NCBI GenBank assembly: GCA_041694935.1 | Contig: JBGFRW010000021.1 | Location: forward strand, 22,171-86,170 | From: Pseudomonadota bacterium | Lineage (GTDB): Bacteria > Pseudomonadota > Gammaproteobacteria > Burkholderiales > Rhodocyclaceae | DNA: 64,000 nucleotides | Direction: 5' to 3' | Shown: piece after piece, positions 61,370-64,000 of the stretch | How the letters are laid out: every line of letters starts with the position of its first letter | Position numbering within the stretch: position 1 is the stretch's first letter | The notes under the pieces: model-generated | What the model was told of the DNA's origin: nothing | The model's database searches: none | The model's input: only the letters and a program-made list of their open reading frames with translations | Translations under genes and position numbers: made by a program

Positions 61370-61381
61370 GGTCCGGGCTAG

Positions 61382-61699
61382 GTGAGTGCGGCGAACCGCA
61401 CCGAGCTTTCAGGGGTGCTGGCGGAGCGGGGCAGCCTGCGTTACACGCCAGCTGGTGTTCCGGTGATCGAATTCCGGATTACCCACAGCTCGGAGCAGAT
61501 CGAAGCCGAACTGCCGCGCCGCGTCGAATGCGAACTGGCTTGCGTGTCCTTGGGAAACATGGCCCTGCTGCTCAAAGATGTGCAGCCCGGTATAGCCCTG
61601 ACGGCAAGCGGATTTATCTCCGCACGCAGCCTGAAGCAGAAAACGCCCGTACTGCACGTCACTTCGGTCGAATTTACGGAAAACATTTGTACAGATTAG
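61382..61699 (+). CDS. priB: Primosomal replication protein N (PriB)
   Basis: 105-aa OB-fold-like ORF between rpsF and rpsR (NRTELSGVLAERGSLRYTPAGVPVIEFRITH). GTG start. Confidence 0.85.
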   Translation: MSAANRTELSGVLAERGSLRYTPAGVPVIEFRITHSSEQIEAELPRRVECELACVSLGNMALLLKDVQPGIALTASGFISARSLKQKTPVLHVTSVEFTENICTD

Positions 61700-61714
61700 G
61701 AAAGGGATATTGAG

Positions 61715-61987
61715 ATGGCATTCAAGTCCGGCAACAAAAAGAAGGATGATCGCAACAAGAGCCGCAACCTGTTCAAGCGGCGCAAGTTCTGCCGCTTCTC
61801 CGCCGAGAAGATCGAGCAGGTGGATTACAAGGATGTCGACCTGCTGCGCGACTTCATCACCGAGAACGGCAAGATCATGCCGGCGCGCATCACCGGCACC
61901 AAGAGCCGCTTCCAGCGCCAGCTGTCGACCGCGATCAAGCGTGCGCGCTACCTGGCGCTCCTGCCCTACACCGACCTGCACCAGTAA
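61715..61987 (+). CDS. rpsR: 30S ribosomal protein S18
   Basis: 90 aa: ...[41 protein letters not shown]. Confidence 0.95.
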   Translation: MAFKSGNKKKDDRNKSRNLFKRRKFCRFSAEKIEQVDYKDVDLLRDFITENGKIMPARITGTKSRFQRQLSTAIKRARYLALLPYTDLHQ

Positions 61988-62002
61988 TCGAGGAGTCAAA
62001 CC

Positions 62003-62452
62003 ATGCAAGTGATTCTGATGGACAAGGTGGTCAACCTCGGCAATCTCGGCGACGTCGTCAAGGTCAAGGAAGGCTATGCCCGCAACTACCTGATTCCGAA
62101 AGGCTTCGCCAAGCGCGCCACCGCCGAGAACATGAAAGTGTTCGAAGAGCGTCGTGCTGAACTCGAGCGCATTTCCGCCGAGAAGCTTGCCGCTGCGCAG
62201 GCCAAAGCCGCCAAGCTCGAGGGCCTGCGGCTCGATATCGTCCGCAAGGCAGGCGTCGATGGCCGCCTGTTCGGTTCCGTGAGCCCGGCTGACGTCGCCG
62301 AGGCGCTGACCGCGCAAGGCATCGAGATAGAGAAGAGCGCCGTGCGCATGCCCGAAGGCCTGCTGAAGATGATCGGCGAGTTCACCCTCGAAGTTGCACC
62401 GCACGCAGACGTTGTCTCGAGCGTTACCGTTTGCATCGTCGGCGAGCAATAA
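62003..62452 (+). CDS. rplI: 50S ribosomal protein L9
   Basis: 149 aa: [34 protein letters not shown]. Confidence 0.95.
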   Translation: MQVILMDKVVNLGNLGDVVKVKEGYARNYLIPKGFAKRATAENMKVFEERRAELERISAEKLAAAQAKAAKLEGLRLDIVRKAGVDGRLFGSVSPADVAEALTAQGIEIEKSAVRMPEGLLKMIGEFTLEVAPHADVVSSVTVCIVGEQ

Positions 62453-62474
62453 GCCCACCCGACACGTTCTCGAA

Positions 62475-62514
62475 GGGGCTGCCCATGGATCATGGGTAGC
62501 CCTTTTGCTTTCTT
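62475..62514 (+). terminator. Rho-independent terminator after rplI
   Basis: GGGCTGCCCATG-GAT-CATGGGTAGCCC is a 12-bp stem with one G-U pair, followed by TTTTGCTTTCTT. Confidence 0.8.
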
Positions 62515-62676
62515 GGCAGGGAATATTTTGGACGGGTGAAATTCCAACAGGAATTCCACAAGATACTCACAAACATTCCACCGCATTTCCACAGTTTGTT
62601 CACTCGCCAGCGCGTTTAGCCGAGGGTACACTTGTACGGATTTGTAGGATAGCGAACACGGAGCGAGGAGACCTGT

Positions 62677-64000
62677 ATGGCGCAGCTTCAATCAGTCCCG
62701 TCTTATTCCCCATTTGCCGGCAACGGTGACGCCCAAGTCGCAGCACTCAAGCTGCCGCCCCATTCGATCGAGGCGGAGCAGTCGCTGATCGGCGGGCTGC
62801 TGCTCGACAACAACGCCTGGGACCGCATTGCTGATATCGTCAGCGAGTCGGACTTCTATCGCGACGACCACCGCCGCATCTTCGGCCATATTCGCCGTCT
62901 GGTGGAAACCGGCCGGCCTGCCGACGTAGTGACGGTCTTCGAATCGATCGAGAACGCGAACGAGACCGACCAGACCGGCGGGCTGGCCTATCTCGGCGAG
63001 ATTGCCAATGCCACGCCTTCGGCTGCAAATATCCGCCGCTATGCCGAGATCGTCCATGAGCGGGCGGTGCTGCGCAAGCTGGTCAGCGTCGGCGACGAGA
63101 TCGCCGGTTCGGCACTGAACCCGGCCGGCCGAGACGTCAAGACGCTGCTCGACATGGCTGAGCAGAAGGTGTTCGAGATCGCCGAGGCAGGCAGTCGCTC
63201 CGTGCAAGGCTTCGACAAGATCGATCATCTGCTCGGGGAAGTAGTCGATCGCATCGAAGTGCTCTACAACCGCGAGAACCCCTCCGATATCACCGGCACG
63301 GCGACCGGTTTCCACGACCTCGACCACATCACCTCCGGCTTGCAGCCGGGCGACATGATCGTCGTGGCCGGCCGCCCCTCGATGGGCAAGACGGCGTTCG
63401 CGCTCAACATCGCCGAGTATGTCGGCATGGAGCTCAAGAAACCGGTGGCGATCTTCAGTCTGGAAATGTCCGGGCCGCAACTGGCGATGCGTTTCCTGTC
63501 GTCGGCCGGCCGGCTCGACCAGACCAAGATTCGCACCGGCAGGCTCTCGGACGAGGACTGGGAGAAGATGTCGGTGGCGCTCGGCAAACTGCACGAGGCA
63601 CCCATCCACATCGACGAGACCGGCGCGATCAACGCCTCCGACCTGCGTGCGCGGGCGCGGCGCCTGCACCGCCAGTGCGGCCACCTCGGTCTGATCGTCA
63701 TCGACTACCTGCAGCTGATGACCTCGGTGAAGGACAACGAGAACCGAGCAACCGAGATTTCCGAGATTTCGCGCTCGATCAAGGCGCTCGCCAAGGAACT
63801 GCAGGTGCCGGTGATCGCGCTCTCGCAGTTGTCGCGCAAGGTCGAGGAACGCAACGACAAGCGTCCGCTGATGTCGGACTTACGCGAGTCGGGCGCCATC
63901 GAACAGGACGCCGACATCATCCTCATGATGTACCGGGACGAGTACTACAAGCCCGATACTACTGAGAAGGGAATCGCTGAGGTCATTATCGGCAAGCACC
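62677..64000 (+). CDS. dnaB: Replicative DNA helicase DnaB (3' end beyond window)
   Basis: Frame is open from ATG 62677 (GAGGAG at 62665-70) to the window end, so it is absent from the ORF track. My translation gives MAQLQSVPSYSPF...LKLPPHSIEAEQSLIGGLLLDNNAWDRI, Walker A GRPSMGKTAFALNIAEY, and IVIDYLQLM. Confidence 0.9.
   Translation, partial: MAQLQSVPSYSPFAGNGDAQVAALKLPPHSIEAEQSLIGGLLLDNNAWDRIADIVSESDFYRDDHRRIFGHIRRLVETGRPADVVTVFESIENANETDQTGGLAYLGEIANATPSAANIRRYAEIVHERAVLRKLVSVGDEIAGSALNPAGRDVKTLLDMAEQKVFEIAEAGSRSVQGFDKIDHLLGEVVDRIEVLYNRENPSDITGTATGFHDLDHITSGLQPGDMIVVAGRPSMGKTAFALNIAEYVGMELKKPVAIFSLEMSGPQLAMRFLSSAGRLDQTKIRTGRLSDEDWEKMSVALGKLHEAPIHIDETGAINASDLRARARRLHRQCGHLGLIVIDYLQLMTSVKDNENRATEISEISRSIKALAKELQVPVIALSQLSRKVEERNDKRPLMSDLRESGAIEQDADIILMMYRDEYYKPDTTEKGIAEVIIGKH

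Overview
High-GC chromosomal segment whose gene order looks like betaproteobacterial core genome (Rhodocyclales/Burkholderiales-like; inferred from synteny only, no database search was possible). Almost every gene is housekeeping.

Gene content in order:
- Tandem ankyrin-repeat genes, a TonB-like protein and a rhodanese.
- A yejBEF-like ABC importer.
- Two operons that each pair a periplasmic binding protein with a GGDEF/EAL sensor.
- mltD and the dctPQM TRAP transporter.
- ndk-rlmN-pilW-rodZ-ispG-hisS-yfgM-bamB-der, then fdxA and aroC.
- leuC-(entericidin-like)-leuD-leuB-asd-fimV-truA-trpFBA-accD-folC-dedD-cvpA-purF-metZ.
- A GAF/Hpt histidine kinase and recR.
- petABC-sspAB, tRNA-Arg(CCU), and rpsF-priB-rpsR-rplI-dnaB.

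I found no transposase, integrase, prophage, CRISPR array or recognisable defence or toxin-antitoxin genes.

The main signal not explained by ordinary annotation is a dispersed 26-29 nt repeat, consensus GAAAAAGTCGGCGCYGGCGNNACGGCGCC. It has at least 11 copies in 64 kb.
- Seven copies sit sense-oriented inside unrelated genes, always in the same reading frame, giving (E)KVGAGxTAP.
- The host genes are a yejF-like ATPase, ispG, leuC, folC, sspB, a histidine kinase and a rhodanese.
- Two more copies supply or abut stop codons, and three are antisense inside genes.

Secondary observations:
- A SAM-II-like leader plus attenuator upstream of metZ.
- A tRNA-Arg(CCU) with two adjacent U-U mismatches in the acceptor stem.
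- A 40-aa entericidin-like lipoprotein gene between leuC and leuD that is missing from the ORF track.
- A C9 homopolymer at the 5' end of one GGDEF/EAL gene.
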